Part shown: in pieces, positions 26,536-37,549 of the stretch
Layout: each line of letters begins with the position of its first letter
How positions within the stretch are numbered: position 1 is the stretch's first letter
Source of the DNA: Fimbriimonadales bacterium
GTDB taxonomy: Bacteria > Armatimonadota > Fimbriimonadia > Fimbriimonadales > Fimbriimonadaceae
Direction: 5' to 3'
NCBI GenBank assembly: GCA_038202925.1
Contig: JBBREM010000001.1
Coordinates: 3,509 to 67,508 of the forward strand
Length of the DNA: 64,000 bases
Made by a program: the position numbers and the translations under genes
Notes under the pieces: model-generated
The model's database searches: none
What the model saw: only the letters and a program-made list of their open reading frames with translations
Told to the model about the DNA's origin: nothing

Positions 26536-29142
26536 GTGGACATGACGAATATGGAACCGCGCTATGACGCGTCGACGGTGGAATCGAAGTGGTACGGCCG
26601 GTGGGAGGCCGCAGGGCTGTTTCAGCCCGATCCTGACCCTAACAAGAAGCCTTTCACGGTCACGATACCGCCCCCCAACATCACCGGCTCGCTTCACATG
26701 GGGCACGCCCTTTGCTATCCCATTCAGGACCTCTATGGGCGGTTTCAGCGGATGCAGGGACGCAGCGTCCTCATCCTCCCCGGCCAAGATCACGCCGGCA
26801 TCGCGACCCAGAGCGTCGTCGAGAAGATGCTGCGCAAAGAGGGGTCAAGCGGTGCCCAGATCGGACGCGACAAGTTCGTCGAGCGGGTGTGGGAGTGGCG
26901 CAAGGAAAGCGGCGACAATATCCTCCATCAGCTCCGCACTCTGGGCTGTGCGTTTGATTGGTCGCGATCCAGGTTTACGCTTGACGAGAAGTATCACGAG
27001 GCGGTTCTTAAGGCCTTTATTGACTGGTTCGACCAGGGGCTGATCTTTCGCGGCAAGCGGGTGGTCAACTGGGATCCCGTGCTGCAGACCAGCGTTTCGG
27101 ACATTGAAACCGAGCGCAAGACGGTCCGCGGGAAGCTGTACTACATCCGATATCCCTTCGCCGACGGCTCCGGTTCGGTGACGATCGCCACCACCCGGCC
27201 CGAAACCATGCTGGCCGACGTGGCAGTGGCGGTCCATCCTTCGGATCCGCGCTACAAAGGCCTGACTGGCAAGACGCTTATCCTCCCCCTTCTCAATCGT
27301 GAGCTTCCGCTGATCGCCGACCAATATCCCGACCCGGCATTCGGTTCTGGCGCGGTGAAGATCACGCCGGCGCATGATCCGAACGACTACCAAGTCGGCG
27401 TGCGGCATAACCTGCCGATGCCGGTGCTGTTGGATTCGCGCGGGCGCATCACCGAGGAGGGCGGTCCTTATGCGGGACTGGATCGCAACGAGGCGCGTAA
27501 GCGCATCGTTGCCGATCTTGAGGAGCAGGGCTTTATCGAGAAGATCGAGGACCATGACATTCCCATCCTCATCTCCGACCGCAGCAAAGAGCCCATCGAG
27601 CCGCTGCTCAGCGAGCAATGGTTCTGCGATCAGCCGAAGCTCGCGGCTTCGGCTATCGATGTCGTGCGAAATGGGGATGTCAAGTTCTTTCCCGAGCGCT
27701 ACGAGAAGATTTATCTCGACTGGATGGAGAACATCCGCGAATGGTGTATCTCGCGCCAACTATGGTGGGGGCACCGAATCCCCGTGTATTACGGGGAGGA
27801 CGGCACTGCGTATGCGGCGCTGAGCTGGGAAAAGGCTCAATCGAAGGCCAGTGCCAGCAAGATTGTGCGCCAGGACGATGATGTACTGGACACCTGGTTC
27901 AGCAGCGGCTTGTGGCCGTTTGCAACCCTCGGCTGGCCGGAGCAGACCGACGATCTGAAGCGGTTTTATCCGACGAGTCTCCTGGTTACCGACCGCAATA
28001 TCCTCTACTTGTGGGTCTCTCGGATGATCATGATGGGGCTCGACTTCGCGAAGTCGAAGCCGTTCGAAGATGTCTTCATCTATGCGACGGTGCTGACTGA
28101 AGATGGGCGGCGCATGTCGAAATCGCTCGGGACGGGGGTCGACCCGCTGGAAGTGATCCAGAAAGTGGGTGCCGACGCGTTGCGTTACACGCTGCTAAGC
28201 CAGACCGGAGCGAATCAGGACATCCGGTATAGCGAGCGCAAGACGGAAGAGGCGCGCAACTTCTGCAACAAGATCTGGAACGCGACGCGATTTGTGCTCT
28301 TAAACACGGAAGGATCGCTCCGACAGCAGCCGGCTGAGCTTGAAGATGTAGATAAGTGGCTGCTTAGCCGGCTCGCCATGACAGAGAAAACTGTCAAATC
28401 AGCTTTTGAGGGTTACGACTTGCAGACGGCGTGTCAGGCGCTGTACCAATTCTTCTGGAGTGAGCTTTGCGACTGGTATATCGAGGTCGCCAAGCCGCGC
28501 CTCATCGATCCCGGCAAGCGCGAGACACCGCAGTGGGTGCTGCTGACGAGCATCGATGCCTTCCTGCGGATGATGCACCCGGTCATGCCGTTCATTACGG
28601 AGGAGCTGTATGCCAACCTGCCGCTGCCGAAGAAGGCTGAGTTCATCATGTCCGCACCATGGCCGGAGATACCTCCCGAGTTTTCGCAGCCGGACGTCGA
28701 AGCGCGAATGGAGCGGGTGTTCGAGATCACGCGCGGCTTGCGTGCTCTGCGAGCGGAACTGGGGCTCACGCCGGGAGTATCGGTTCCCGTCGCCTATTGC
28801 GAGGGGGATATCGCGGGCGGAGATTGGATCGTGAAGTCGCAGGCGTGGGTTCAAGAAATCAGGGCCGGGAAGCCGGATGGGAAGCACATTTCCGCGACGG
28901 TAGAGGGGGTTGACATTCACTTGCCGCTCGGGGATCTCGTCGACCCCGCGAAGGAGCTAGACCGCATCGGCCGCGAAGAGATCAAAGCCCGAGAAGAGCT
29001 CGCCAAAACCGAGGAACGGCTCGGCGATGCCACCTTCATCGAGCGCGCGAAGCCCGAAGTGGTCGAACGAGCAAGAGAACAGGCTGAGGAGATTCGCAGC
29101 AGGCTCCGCAAGCTGGAAGAGCGCCGGAAGCTCTTCGGATAA
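26536..29142 (+). CDS. valS: valine--tRNA ligase
   Basis: PPPNITGSLHMGHAL (HIGH), KMSKSLGT (KMSKS), CP1 editing domain and C-terminal coiled coil; 868 aa. Confidence 0.95.
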   Translation: MDMTNMEPRYDASTVESKWYGRWEAAGLFQPDPDPNKKPFTVTIPPPNITGSLHMGHALCYPIQDLYGRFQRMQGRSVLILPGQDHAGIATQSVVEKMLRKEGSSGAQIGRDKFVERVWEWRKESGDNILHQLRTLGCAFDWSRSRFTLDEKYHEAVLKAFIDWFDQGLIFRGKRVVNWDPVLQTSVSDIETERKTVRGKLYYIRYPFADGSGSVTIATTRPETMLADVAVAVHPSDPRYKGLTGKTLILPLLNRELPLIADQYPDPAFGSGAVKITPAHDPNDYQVGVRHNLPMPVLLDSRGRITEEGGPYAGLDRNEARKRIVADLEEQGFIEKIEDHDIPILISDRSKEPIEPLLSEQWFCDQPKLAASAIDVVRNGDVKFFPERYEKIYLDWMENIREWCISRQLWWGHRIPVYYGEDGTAYAALSWEKAQSKASASKIVRQDDDVLDTWFSSGLWPFATLGWPEQTDDLKRFYPTSLLVTDRNILYLWVSRMIMMGLDFAKSKPFEDVFIYATVLTEDGRRMSKSLGTGVDPLEVIQKVGADALRYTLLSQTGANQDIRYSERKTEEARNFCNKIWNATRFVLLNTEGSLRQQPAELEDVDKWLLSRLAMTEKTVKSAFEGYDLQTACQALYQFFWSELCDWYIEVAKPRLIDPGKRETPQWVLLTSIDAFLRMMHPVMPFITEELYANLPLPKKAEFIMSAPWPEIPPEFSQPDVEARMERVFEITRGLRALRAELGLTPGVSVPVAYCEGDIAGGDWIVKSQAWVQEIRAGKPDGKHISATVEGVDIHLPLGDLVDPAKELDRIGREEIKAREELAKTEERLGDATFIERAKPEVVERAREQAEEIRSRLRKLEERRKLFG

Positions 29143-29161
29143 GTCGGTCACAATAGCCGGA

Positions 29162-30043
29162 GTGTCTCGGAAAGCCTTCGGAACGCTCCTCATTGCGATA
29201 TCGAGCACGGCGTTTGGCAGCTACGGCTACTTCGCCCTTAAGGCTGGTCAAGCCGGAATTGGGCCGTTTTCGCTGCTGGCGTACCGCTTTGGCATCGCCG
29301 TGGCCATCCTTGGGCTGGTTGCCGCTCTCACTCGCGGACGGCTCGAGAAGAGACAGATATTGCCGCTCATTGGGCTTGGCATGCTTTACGTCGGCCAGGC
29401 ATTTACCTTCTTGCAATGCCTTCTCGTAAGTGGCAGCCCGATCACGGCTTCGCTGCTGCTTTACATCTATCCGGCGTGGGTGACTTTGGGATCCGTTCTG
29501 TTCCTGCGCGAAAAGCTCACGACGGTCAAGATTATCGCGCTCGCGTGTGCCTTTGTCGGGTCATTCGCGATCATCGGGCCGGTGGCCAATGTGCAGCCGG
29601 CGGCGATCGTCTACGGGGTATGCACGTCCCTGTTTTTCGCAGCGTATTTGGTTTGCGGGAAGAAGGTGATGCAGTCGGCACCACCGGTAATGGCGACGCT
29701 GACGATCCTGACGACGGCCTTTCTCGTCTTCGGCCTTGGCGCTTTGATCACGGGGATTGATTCCATACGTTCCGCCGATGGCTGGATCGGCGCGGTGGGT
29801 TTGGCGATTGTGGCGACGGTGATCGCCATCGGGGCGCTCCTTGGCGGGCTATCCCGAGTGTCGCCCGTCGAAGCAGCAAGCCTGTCAGCGATCGAGCCTC
29901 TTGTCAGCGCGATCATTGCAATCACTGTTATGGGGCAAGCCTTACGAACGGGGCATGTCGTCGGCGGCGTGCTCGTCCTTACTGCCGTGCTCGTGCTAGC
30001 GCGTGAGGCGGCCTCGAAGCTTCGCGCAACCGGTGAGCGGTAG
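29162..30043 (+). CDS. EamA/DMT-family transporter
   Basis: Ten hydrophobic helices in two EamA-like halves. GTG 29162 was chosen because the ORF-track start overlaps valS by more than 100 nt. Confidence 0.75.
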   Translation: MSRKAFGTLLIAISSTAFGSYGYFALKAGQAGIGPFSLLAYRFGIAVAILGLVAALTRGRLEKRQILPLIGLGMLYVGQAFTFLQCLLVSGSPITASLLLYIYPAWVTLGSVLFLREKLTTVKIIALACAFVGSFAIIGPVANVQPAAIVYGVCTSLFFAAYLVCGKKVMQSAPPVMATLTILTTAFLVFGLGALITGIDSIRSADGWIGAVGLAIVATVIAIGALLGGLSRVSPVEAASLSAIEPLVSAIIAITVMGQALRTGHVVGGVLVLTAVLVLAREAASKLRATGER

Positions 30044-30055
30044 ACTCGGTTCGAC

Positions 30056-30784
30056 TTGGAAACGCCTCACCTGAGCGTGGTCGTCCCCGCCTACAACGAA
30101 GAAGATCGCCTGCTGCCCACGCTTGAGCGATTGTTCGAGTATTACGAGGCTCAGACCTATCCCTACGATGTCACAGTGGTGAGCGATGGCTCGACCGACC
30201 GGACCGGCGCCATCGTGACGGAGTTCGCCAAGTCGCATCCGACATTCAAGCTCTTGGAGTATCAGCCCAACCGGGGGAAAGGCTACGCAGTACGGACCGG
30301 GATATTGGTGGCAAAGGGCGATCTCGTGCTCTTTTCCGACGCCGATATGGCGACGCCGCAGGAAGAAACGGAGAAGCTGCTGGCGCGCATTAAGGACGGT
30401 GCCGACATCGCCATCGGCAGCCGTCCGCTGAAGGAAAGCAAGCTTGAAAAGCACCAACCGATGCTGCGGGAGATGATGGGGAGAGCGTCTAACCAGCTAA
30501 TACAGGTTTTGGCGGTTAGAGGCATTCATGACACGCAGTGCGGATTCAAGATGTTCACCCGAAAAGCGGCGCAGGATATCTTCGCGCGGTGCAAGCTCAA
30601 CGGGTTCAGTTTCGACTTCGAAGCTTTGATGATCGCACGTGATCTGGGTTACCGCATCGACGAAGTGGCCATTCGCTGGTTCCACCAGGAGGGGTCGAAG
30701 GTGGTGTTCTGGCGGGATTATCCGCGGGCGCTGAAAGACCTGGTGGGGTTGAGGGCGAAAGGCAAGCGGAGGCGGCTTAGTTGA
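30056..30784 (+). CDS. family 2 glycosyltransferase (polyprenyl-phosphate glycosyltransferase-like)
   Basis: LSVVVPAYNEEDRL, VSDGSTDRT and FSDADMATP (DxD) motifs; 242 aa; TTG start. Confidence 0.85.
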   Translation: METPHLSVVVPAYNEEDRLLPTLERLFEYYEAQTYPYDVTVVSDGSTDRTGAIVTEFAKSHPTFKLLEYQPNRGKGYAVRTGILVAKGDLVLFSDADMATPQEETEKLLARIKDGADIAIGSRPLKESKLEKHQPMLREMMGRASNQLIQVLAVRGIHDTQCGFKMFTRKAAQDIFARCKLNGFSFDFEALMIARDLGYRIDEVAIRWFHQEGSKVVFWRDYPRALKDLVGLRAKGKRRRLS

Positions 30785-30875
30785 TTGCGGAATGCGGATT
30801 GCGGATTGTGGAGTCCTCCGCGACCGTTTCCACCAGGCACATCTCGGCAATCGACAATCCACAATCCACAATTCG
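30783..30875. repeat. inverted arrays of heptanucleotide tandem repeats
   Basis: GATTGCG GAATGCG GATTGCG GATTGTG (30783-30810), then 37 nt, then CAATCGA CAATCCA CAATCCA CAATTCG (30848-30875). The arms are imperfect reverse complements. Confidence 0.8.
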
Positions 30876-31610
30876 ATGAATCCCAACGAATACACCCGGA
30901 TGTTCGAGATGGAGGACCGCTATTGGTGGTTCGTCGGGCGGCGGCGCATTGCGCTTCGGCTGCTTGATCGGTATCGAGCAGCAGGCGACCAATTTCTCGA
31001 CCTTGGCTGTGGGACGGGCGTTGTGCTTCAGGAGCTTGCGGGGCGCGGTAGTCCGACCGGACTCGACATGAGCGTTCTTGCCCTGGGGTTTTGCCGAAAA
31101 CGAGGGCTCTCTCGGCTGGTGCGCGGCGATGCGACGGCGATGCCGATGCGTCCAGACCAGTTCGCCGCCGTCGTCGCGCTGGACGTTTTTGAGCATGTGG
31201 AGGACGATGGGAAGGCGCTTGGCGAATCCTTTCGCAGTCTTGCTCCTGGTGGAGTTCTGATTCTAAGCGTGCCGGCATTTCGAAGCCTTTGGGGACCGCA
31301 TGATGTGGCCTTGATGCACTTTCGGCGATACACGCGGCCGGAACTGCGGGCCAAGCTTGTTGCGGCCGGGTTTCGGATCGAGAAGATCAGCTATTCCGTA
31401 TTCCTTCTCTTTCCTATCGTGGTCGTCGTTCGGTTTTTCGAAAAGCGCAAGAAGGGGCCGGCGAAGGCTTCGTTGGCGGCCTTGCCAAAGTGGCTAAACA
31501 AGCTGCTCATCTGGACCCAGGGGGTGGAGGCGACGGTCATCGGCGCGGTCAATCTTCCCTGGGGAAGCAGCTTAATCGCGGTGGCGCGCAAGCCGGAGCG
31601 CGGATCGTGA
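30876..31610 (+). CDS. class I SAM-dependent methyltransferase
   Basis: FLDLGCGTGVVLQEL (motif I) and ALDVFEHVEDD. ATG 30876 lies directly after the heptamer array; the ORF-track start (30792) lies inside the repeat. Confidence 0.8.
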   Translation: MNPNEYTRMFEMEDRYWWFVGRRRIALRLLDRYRAAGDQFLDLGCGTGVVLQELAGRGSPTGLDMSVLALGFCRKRGLSRLVRGDATAMPMRPDQFAAVVALDVFEHVEDDGKALGESFRSLAPGGVLILSVPAFRSLWGPHDVALMHFRRYTRPELRAKLVAAGFRIEKISYSVFLLFPIVVVVRFFEKRKKGPAKASLAALPKWLNKLLIWTQGVEATVIGAVNLPWGSSLIAVARKPERGS

Positions 31611-32443
31611 GGTTCACGGTTGGTTGCGTGCCGTATGTGAACGCAATCCCTCTGGCTGCCTGGTTCGAGGAGCAGGGGGAGGAATCACTGGTGAGGGTGA
31701 AGTACGCCGTGCCGTCAGAGCTTCCGGTGATGCTCGACTCGGGCGAAGCGGATGCGGTACTGGGGTCGAGCATCGACGCCTTGCTGACTCCGGGCCGGCG
31801 GATGGCGGCAGGGGTCTGCATCGGCTCGGATGGGCCGGTGAAGAGCGTGCGGCTGTTCAGCAAGGTCGCGCCGCGGTTCATTCAGAGCTTGGCGCTCGAT
31901 GCGAACTCCCTGACCAGCAATCGGCTAGCTCAGATTATCCTTGCGGAGCGGTACGGTTCGTACCCGCAGGTGTTCGCGATGCCGCCAGATCTTGCGTCGA
32001 TGCTGCAGCATCACGACGCCTGCGTCTTGATCGGCGACATCGGCATGATGGCCGACGGAGCTGGGCTGCATGTGCTCGATCTGGGCAAGGAGTGGACCGA
32101 ACACACCAAGAAGCCGTTTGTGTGGGCGGCATGGATCGGCGGGGAGGGGCTGACTCCTGAGCTGGCTGGTTTGCTTACCAGGGCCTGCCGGGCGAGCGGA
32201 TGCGGACGGTTCGTGGCCCCAACCGAACTGACTGACAAGACGGTTCGGCGCGCGATCGATCATGCAGGATGGACCGAAGAGCAAGTTCGCGACTACTTCT
32301 TCCAGGTCATGGTGTACGACATGGACTACCGCATGATCGACGGCTTGCGCGAGTTTGGCAAGCGGCTGCAGGCGAACGGCTTTACCGACTGCGGCCACTT
32401 CCCGGAGCTGGTCACGCCGGAGACGCCGGAGGCGTTGGTATAA
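31607..32443 (+). CDS. mqnA: chorismate dehydratase MqnA (futalosine pathway)
   Basis: The N-terminus VRFTVGCVPYVNAIPLA is typical of MqnA. GTG 31607 overlaps the upstream stop (GTGA). Confidence 0.7.
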   Translation: MRFTVGCVPYVNAIPLAAWFEEQGEESLVRVKYAVPSELPVMLDSGEADAVLGSSIDALLTPGRRMAAGVCIGSDGPVKSVRLFSKVAPRFIQSLALDANSLTSNRLAQIILAERYGSYPQVFAMPPDLASMLQHHDACVLIGDIGMMADGAGLHVLDLGKEWTEHTKKPFVWAAWIGGEGLTPELAGLLTRACRASGCGRFVAPTELTDKTVRRAIDHAGWTEEQVRDYFFQVMVYDMDYRMIDGLREFGKRLQANGFTDCGHFPELVTPETPEALV

Positions 32444-32456
32444 TCTCAGTTCCCGT

Positions 32457-32532
32457 GGGGGTGTAGCTCAGCTGGGAGAGCGCTGCAATCGCACTGCAGA
32501 GGTCGTGAGTTCGAATCTCATCATCTCCACCA
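32457..32532 (+). tRNA. tRNA-Ala (anticodon CGC)
   Basis: Manual cloverleaf: acceptor GGGGGTG/CATCTCC with G3:U70, D arm GCTC-AGCTGGGA-GAGC, anticodon arm CTGCA-ATCGCAC-TGCAG, T arm GTGAG-TTCGAAT-CTCAT, encoded CCA. Confidence 0.9.
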
Positions 32533-32566
32533 TGCACTTTAGTGCGCAGGATTGAACTGGCTCGTA

Positions 32567-33346
32567 TTATTCGACTTCATGACCAGATTCTGAGGTTTTC
32601 GCGGGCTTTTCAAGCATCCGTTGTGACGGTTCGGACCGGATGTGGTGCCTCATTTTCGCCAGCTCATCGATGCTGAGACGGCCGGTGTAGGCAGCCATGC
32701 CCAAGGCGACGTCGATATCTGAATCGAGAAGGGTTTGGACCTCATTCATCGTCGTGATCCCCCCGGCGGCGACAAGCGTGCGCCGAGTCAGACTTCGCAA
32801 GTTGAGAAACAGTGGAAGATCCGTGCCTGCGAGCATGCCCTCCCGGTCGACGTTCGTGCACAAAAATCCAGCGCAGTATGGTTCGACCTCCACAATGACT
32901 TCGCTGGGATGCAAGCTCAATGTCGCTCTCCAACCCCTGATGGCCAAGCAGTCTCCCTTTATATCGATTGCGACGACTACCCGCTCGGGGCCGATTCGCT
33001 GCGCGAGCCCTTCCAGAAATCCGTGATCGACACCGGTGGAGGTGAAGGCGGAAGTGCCGACAATGACCTGCTCTGCTCCGAGATCGAGAAGCTTGACGGC
33101 GCGTTCGATGGAGCGAACGCCTCCACCCGCACGAGCCCGAATTTGGCCCAGCAACACCCCGACCAACTGTTGGTTGGGCGGCCTTCCGAGCGCCGCATCC
33201 AGATCGATGACGTGCAGGAGAGGGAACTCCGCAAACATGGCTAGCGCTTCGGAAGCATTCTCGAGCTCAAGGGCTTTGCGCTCGCCGCGCACGAGCTGCA
33301 CTACTTTGCCATCCATGACGTCGATGCACGGGATGACCCGGCTCAT
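32567..33346 (-). CDS. hisA: ProFAR isomerase HisA
   Basis: [20 protein letters not shown]-terminus and (beta/alpha)8 HisA/HisF fold motifs. Last gene of the his cluster, with a C-terminal tail of about 20 aa. Confidence 0.8.
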   Translation of the reverse strand: MSRVIPCIDVMDGKVVQLVRGERKALELENASEALAMFAEFPLLHVIDLDAALGRPPNQQLVGVLLGQIRARAGGGVRSIERAVKLLDLGAEQVIVGTSAFTSTGVDHGFLEGLAQRIGPERVVVAIDIKGDCLAIRGWRATLSLHPSEVIVEVEPYCAGFLCTNVDREGMLAGTDLPLFLNLRSLTRRTLVAAGGITTMNEVQTLLDSDIDVALGMAAYTGRLSIDELAKMRHHIRSEPSQRMLEKPAKTSESGHEVE

Positions 33347-34095
33347 CGAACCGGCACCCCCGCTTGGATGAGCGATTCTTTGACTGCAGCAATCGAGGAC
33401 GTTTTGTAGTGGAAAATCGAGGCCGCCAGAGCAGCGTCGGCTTCGGCCTTCTGGAATACGTCCACGAAATGCTGCGGCTCGCCCGCGCCCCCCGAGGCGA
33501 TTACCGGAACGCCAACCGCATCCGATACGGCCCTCGTCAGGTCGATATCGAAGCCCTGGCGCGCTCCGTCCGCATCCATGCTGGTGAGGAGGATTTCACC
33601 GCAACCGCGGCGTTCGCCCTCGCGAACCCATGCGATAGCATCCAAATTTGTGGGCACCTTCCCACCATTGACGTGAACGACCGAGCGCCCGCCGATTTGC
33701 TTGACGTCCACCGCCAGCACCACGGCTTGACAGCCGAAGGCAGCGGCCAACTCGGTGATCAAGTCCGGGCGCCGGACCGCCGCGCTGTTCACCGCCACCT
33801 TGTCCGCGCCTGCGTGCAGGAGGCGAGCGGCGTCATCGACGCTGCCGATGCCTCCGCCGACCGTGAGCGGCACGAATACGCGTCGAGCGGTTCGTTCGAC
33901 CAGGCTCGCGAGAGTGGCGCGACCTTCCTGAGTCGCCGTGATATCGAGAAACACGATTTCATCTGCGCCTTCGACGCTATAACGTTGAGCCAGCTCGACC
34001 GGATCTCCGGCATCGCTCAGATTCAGGAACTGCACGCCTTTTACCACTCTGCCTTCGGCAACGTCCAGACACGCAATCACCCGTTTCTTCAGCAC
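33343..34095 (-). CDS. hisF: imidazole glycerol phosphate synthase cyclase subunit HisF
   Basis: [19 protein letters not shown]...PLTVGGGI...SGGAG motifs. GTG 34095 gives 250 aa. The ORF-track N-terminal extension overlaps hisH. Confidence 0.9.
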   Translation of the reverse strand: MLKKRVIACLDVAEGRVVKGVQFLNLSDAGDPVELAQRYSVEGADEIVFLDITATQEGRATLASLVERTARRVFVPLTVGGGIGSVDDAARLLHAGADKVAVNSAAVRRPDLITELAAAFGCQAVVLAVDVKQIGGRSVVHVNGGKVPTNLDAIAWVREGERRGCGEILLTSMDADGARQGFDIDLTRAVSDAVGVPVIASGGAGEPQHFVDVFQKAEADAALAASIFHYKTSSIAAVKESLIQAGVPVR

Positions 34096-34661
34096 GACCG
34101 GCACCAATCGTTGAGAAGGTCCAGCCCAGGGGGTCCCGACTTTTCCGGGTGGAACTGAAAACCGGCGATATTGTCCCGCATTATCGCAGCGGTGAAGTCT
34201 CGTCCGTAATGCGCGGTAGCGCTCGTCCACTCGCCGACGGGTGCATAAAAGCTGTTGGCAAAGTAGAAAGATTCGCACGTGCCATCTCGGAATTGCACAT
34301 CGTTCCAGCCCATGTGCGGCACCCGTGGAACGCCGGAAAAGCGCAGCACCGCTCCTGGGAGCAGGCCGAGGCCCTGTAAGTCGGGAGCCTCCTCGCTCGT
34401 CTCGAAAAGTGCCTGCATCCCCAGGCAGATTCCGAGCAGCGGAACGCCCTCCGCGGCCCGATCCCTGAGCCACGAAACCAGCCCGCGCTCCTCCAAGCGG
34501 CCCATCATTTGCCCGAAGTGGCCGACCCCGGGGAGCAGAATCGCGTCCGTTCCGTCCATATCGCGTGGGCTCGCTCCCAGCTTGTACTTGCGCCCAAGGT
34601 GGTCGAGCGCATTGCAAACGGAGCGCAAGTTTCCTGCGCCGTAGTCGACCAAACCGATCAT
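34089..34661 (-). CDS. hisH: imidazole glycerol phosphate synthase glutaminase subunit HisH
   Basis: [22 protein letters not shown] (catalytic Cys) and [11 protein letters not shown] 34661 overlaps the hisB stop (ATGA). Confidence 0.9.
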   Translation of the reverse strand: MIGLVDYGAGNLRSVCNALDHLGRKYKLGASPRDMDGTDAILLPGVGHFGQMMGRLEERGLVSWLRDRAAEGVPLLGICLGMQALFETSEEAPDLQGLGLLPGAVLRFSGVPRVPHMGWNDVQFRDGTCESFYFANSFYAPVGEWTSATAHYGRDFTAAIMRDNIAGFQFHPEKSGPPGLDLLNDWCRSC

Positions 34662-35245
34662 AGGAGCCCTTTGGTCGAAGGAAGCAAGTCCTTCAACCGG
34701 CCATTGGTAGAACAAGCGTATGCCAAAGCCCGCCCGAAACCCTTGAAAATTGCCTCCACCTTGTGGTGGCTGGAGCGGCCGTACATCACCTTAACGTGCA
34801 CATTCGCCTTCGCGGCCCTGGCAAAGGCCTCGAAGAAGTCGGGAAGCAGTTCGACAGTGAGTCCGCCGAGTTGCTTGATGCGCACTAAGTCAGAATAGAC
34901 GCAGGAAGCTCGCCCACCGAGGTCGATTGCAACCACGGCGAGGGCCTCGTCCATCGGTTGAACGAAGTATCCAGCCCGATTGATTCCAAGCCGTGCCCCG
35001 AGCGCTTGTGAGAAGAGCTCGCCAAGAACGATCCCGACGTCCTCGACCGTATGATGCTGATCCACGCGCAAGTCGCCTGCTGCCTCGATTTGGAGGTCAA
35101 AACCTCCATGCTTGGCGAATAGCTGCAGCATGTGATCGAGAAAGCCGACTCCGGTGGAGATCGCGTATTGGCCGGTCCCCTCGATATTGAGGCTGCCCCG
35201 GATCCGCGTCTCGCTCGTGTCGCGTTGGATTGCAGACTCTCTCAC
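34658..35245 (-). CDS. hisB: imidazoleglycerol-phosphate dehydratase HisB
   Basis: [15 protein letters not shown] and [11 protein letters not shown] motifs; 195 aa (dehydratase only). Confidence 0.9.
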   Translation of the reverse strand: MRESAIQRDTSETRIRGSLNIEGTGQYAISTGVGFLDHMLQLFAKHGGFDLQIEAAGDLRVDQHHTVEDVGIVLGELFSQALGARLGINRAGYFVQPMDEALAVVAIDLGGRASCVYSDLVRIKQLGGLTVELLPDFFEAFARAAKANVHVKVMYGRSSHHKVEAIFKGFGRALAYACSTNGRLKDLLPSTKGLL

Positions 35246-36294
35246 TTTTCGTACATCTCCCGCAGGATGTTGATGAATGCCATGATTCGCTCGGGCGGCC
35301 CAGCAGTTACGCGGAGCGCTCCCGCCAATTCATGGCGGCGGTCGCGAATGAGAATGTCGGCCGCGCGGCAGCGCGCAAGGCACTCGTCTGCATGTTCCTT
35401 TGCATCAAAGAGCACGAAATTGCCGGCGGACGGCCAGTGCCGCACGCTCAAGCTCATGAACGCGTCCTCAATAAGCTTGCGCCCCGCCAAGGTTTCAGCC
35501 ACGTACCGCTGCGTGTAGGCGGGATCTCCGATCGCGGCAATGGCAGCCATGGCCGCCAGCATGTTCACGCTGTAAGGGGATTGAGCTTTTGCGAGGTGCG
35601 CGGCGTTTCGCTCGCACGTCATCAAGGATCCGACCCTCATCGCTGCCATACCGTAGGCTTTGCTGAACGTGCGGCAGACGAATAAGTTCTGGAAGTCACG
35701 AATGAAGCCGATCATCGTCTCGCCGTAGAACTCGTAGTAGGCTTCGTCGACAAGAACGCACGCTTGCGGCGCCGCCTGCAGAACCGCGCGGAGATCGCTT
35801 TGCGAGATCGTGCTGCCGGTTGGATTGTTCGGATTCGAGAGCAGGATGGCTTTCGTCTGCGCAGTGACAGCACTGAGCACGCAGTCCAAGTCAAAGCCGA
35901 AGTCCGCCTCACGCCAAGGAACTTCCACCACCCTCGCGTCTGCCAGTTCGGCATAGAAGCGGTACATGGCGTAGCTCGGCGTGAGCACGATCACCTCGTC
36001 GTGAGGCTCGACGAAGGTGTTGATCAGCAACTGAATCGCTTCATCTGTTCCGTTCGTCAAAAGGAGCTCGCCGCCTGAGACCCCGAAGAACTCAGCGAGC
36101 TGTTCCCTCACGCTGACGTAGTTCGGGTACGTGGCAAGCAACTCCGGCCCGATCGCCTGCCGCAGAAACTCGGATACTTTAGGCGAGGAGCCGGCCACAT
36201 TCTCGTTGAAGTCCAGACGCAGCTTGCCGAGTCGCCCGGAAGTTGGAGGCGTGTAAGCACGCATGTTCGCAACGGCGCTTCTCGGTTCAGGCAT
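35242..36294 (-). CDS. hisC: histidinol-phosphate aminotransferase HisC
   Basis: Class II aminotransferase with NPNNPTG and the [17 protein letters not shown]-lysine motif. Confidence 0.9.
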   Translation of the reverse strand: MPEPRSAVANMRAYTPPTSGRLGKLRLDFNENVAGSSPKVSEFLRQAIGPELLATYPNYVSVREQLAEFFGVSGGELLLTNGTDEAIQLLINTFVEPHDEVIVLTPSYAMYRFYAELADARVVEVPWREADFGFDLDCVLSAVTAQTKAILLSNPNNPTGSTISQSDLRAVLQAAPQACVLVDEAYYEFYGETMIGFIRDFQNLFVCRTFSKAYGMAAMRVGSLMTCERNAAHLAKAQSPYSVNMLAAMAAIAAIGDPAYTQRYVAETLAGRKLIEDAFMSLSVRHWPSAGNFVLFDAKEHADECLARCRAADILIRDRRHELAGALRVTAGPPERIMAFINILREMYEK

Positions 36295-37549
36295 TTAAAA
36301 TCGCCTCCTGCTGACGGATTTCGATGCTCCGCGCATGCCCCTCGAGCCCTTCCGACCGCGCCAGCGATGTGGCGACGGGAGCGATCGCAATCAGCGCCAT
36401 CGGCGTCAGCTCTTGGGTAGTTATCACCTTGAGAAAATGCGAAACCGAAAGCCCGCCGGTGGACCGCGCAGCCCCTCCCGTCGGCAGTACATGGTTCGGC
36501 CCCGTCGCATAGTCCCCTGCCGCTTCGGGGCTGAACTCGCCGATAAATACGCTTCCGGCATGGCGTACAAGCGGCAACAGCGCCGGATCGTGAAGACACA
36601 GGTGCTCGGGCGCAATCCAATTCGCCAGATCCATCGACTCTTGATCGCTGCCGGTGACGATCACCGCGCTATTCGCGCCGATCGATTGTGCTGCGACCTC
36701 TCCCGTCGGCAAGCTCGCCAATTGACGATCGACCTCCCCCACCACTGCCTCCGCCAACTTACGCGAGCTAGTTACGAACAGCGCCGCCGCGTCCGTATCG
36801 TGCTCCGCCTGCGCAAGCATGTCCGCGGCAATCCAAGCGGCATTCCCCTCGTTGGCGACGACCAGAACCTCCGTCGGTCCGGCAACGAAGTCAATTCCTA
36901 CCTCGCCGGCAAGCAGCTTTTTCGCCGCGGCAACGTAGATGTTTCCCGGCCCCACGATTCGGTCGGCGCGGGGGATCGTCTGGGTCCCGAAAGCGAACGC
37001 GGCTATCGCCTGAGCGCCTCCCAACAGGGCCACGTTTATTACTCCCGCAATCGCCGCCGCCGCAAGCGTCTCGTCGCTCACCCTGGGCGTCGTTATCCAA
37101 ATGTTGGGCACTTGCGCAACGGTCGCTGGCACAGCCGTCATCAAAACCGTTGACGGAAGCGGGTAGCGCCCACCAGGAACGTAAGCAGCCACCGTGTCCA
37201 GCGGGCGCACAATCTGTCCCACGGTGTGCCCCGGGGCTAATTTCACCGTGAATTCCTTCGGCATTTGTAGCCGGGCAAACGCCTCGATCTTCGCCTTCGA
37301 GAACTCCATCGCATGCCGGAGATCGGCACTGATATTCCCTGCGGCTGCGGCTACCTTCTTGCGATCGACAACGAACGGCCCCGAGTGGCCGTCGAGTCGC
37401 TTCGCGTACTCCGCCAGCGCCGCATCGCCGCGTGCGGATACCGCATCTAGTATGGGCCCGACGGTGTCGATTGCCTCCGTCATTCTCCTGTTTCTGCCTT
37501 GGAGGAACGGCCTCGCCTCCGCTTCGATCAGGCTTCGTAATGAGCTCAT
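36287..37549 (-). CDS. hisD: histidinol dehydrogenase HisD
   Basis: 420 aa with motifs [18 protein letters not shown] and PEHL. Confidence 0.9.
   Translation of the reverse strand: MSSLRSLIEAEARPFLQGRNRRMTEAIDTVGPILDAVSARGDAALAEYAKRLDGHSGPFVVDRKKVAAAAGNISADLRHAMEFSKAKIEAFARLQMPKEFTVKLAPGHTVGQIVRPLDTVAAYVPGGRYPLPSTVLMTAVPATVAQVPNIWITTPRVSDETLAAAAIAGVINVALLGGAQAIAAFAFGTQTIPRADRIVGPGNIYVAAAKKLLAGEVGIDFVAGPTEVLVVANEGNAAWIAADMLAQAEHDTDAAALFVTSSRKLAEAVVGEVDRQLASLPTGEVAAQSIGANSAVIVTGSDQESMDLANWIAPEHLCLHDPALLPLVRHAGSVFIGEFSPEAAGDYATGPNHVLPTGGAARSTGGLSVSHFLKVITTQELTPMALIAIAPVATSLARSEGLEGHARSIEIRQQEAILNA

Noticed and set aside
34096-34617. N-terminal 174-codon extension of hisF in the ORF track
   Set aside because: The extension overlaps hisH in another frame and is Arg/Gly/Pro-rich. 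HisF homology starts at GVQ.. just after GTG 34095.
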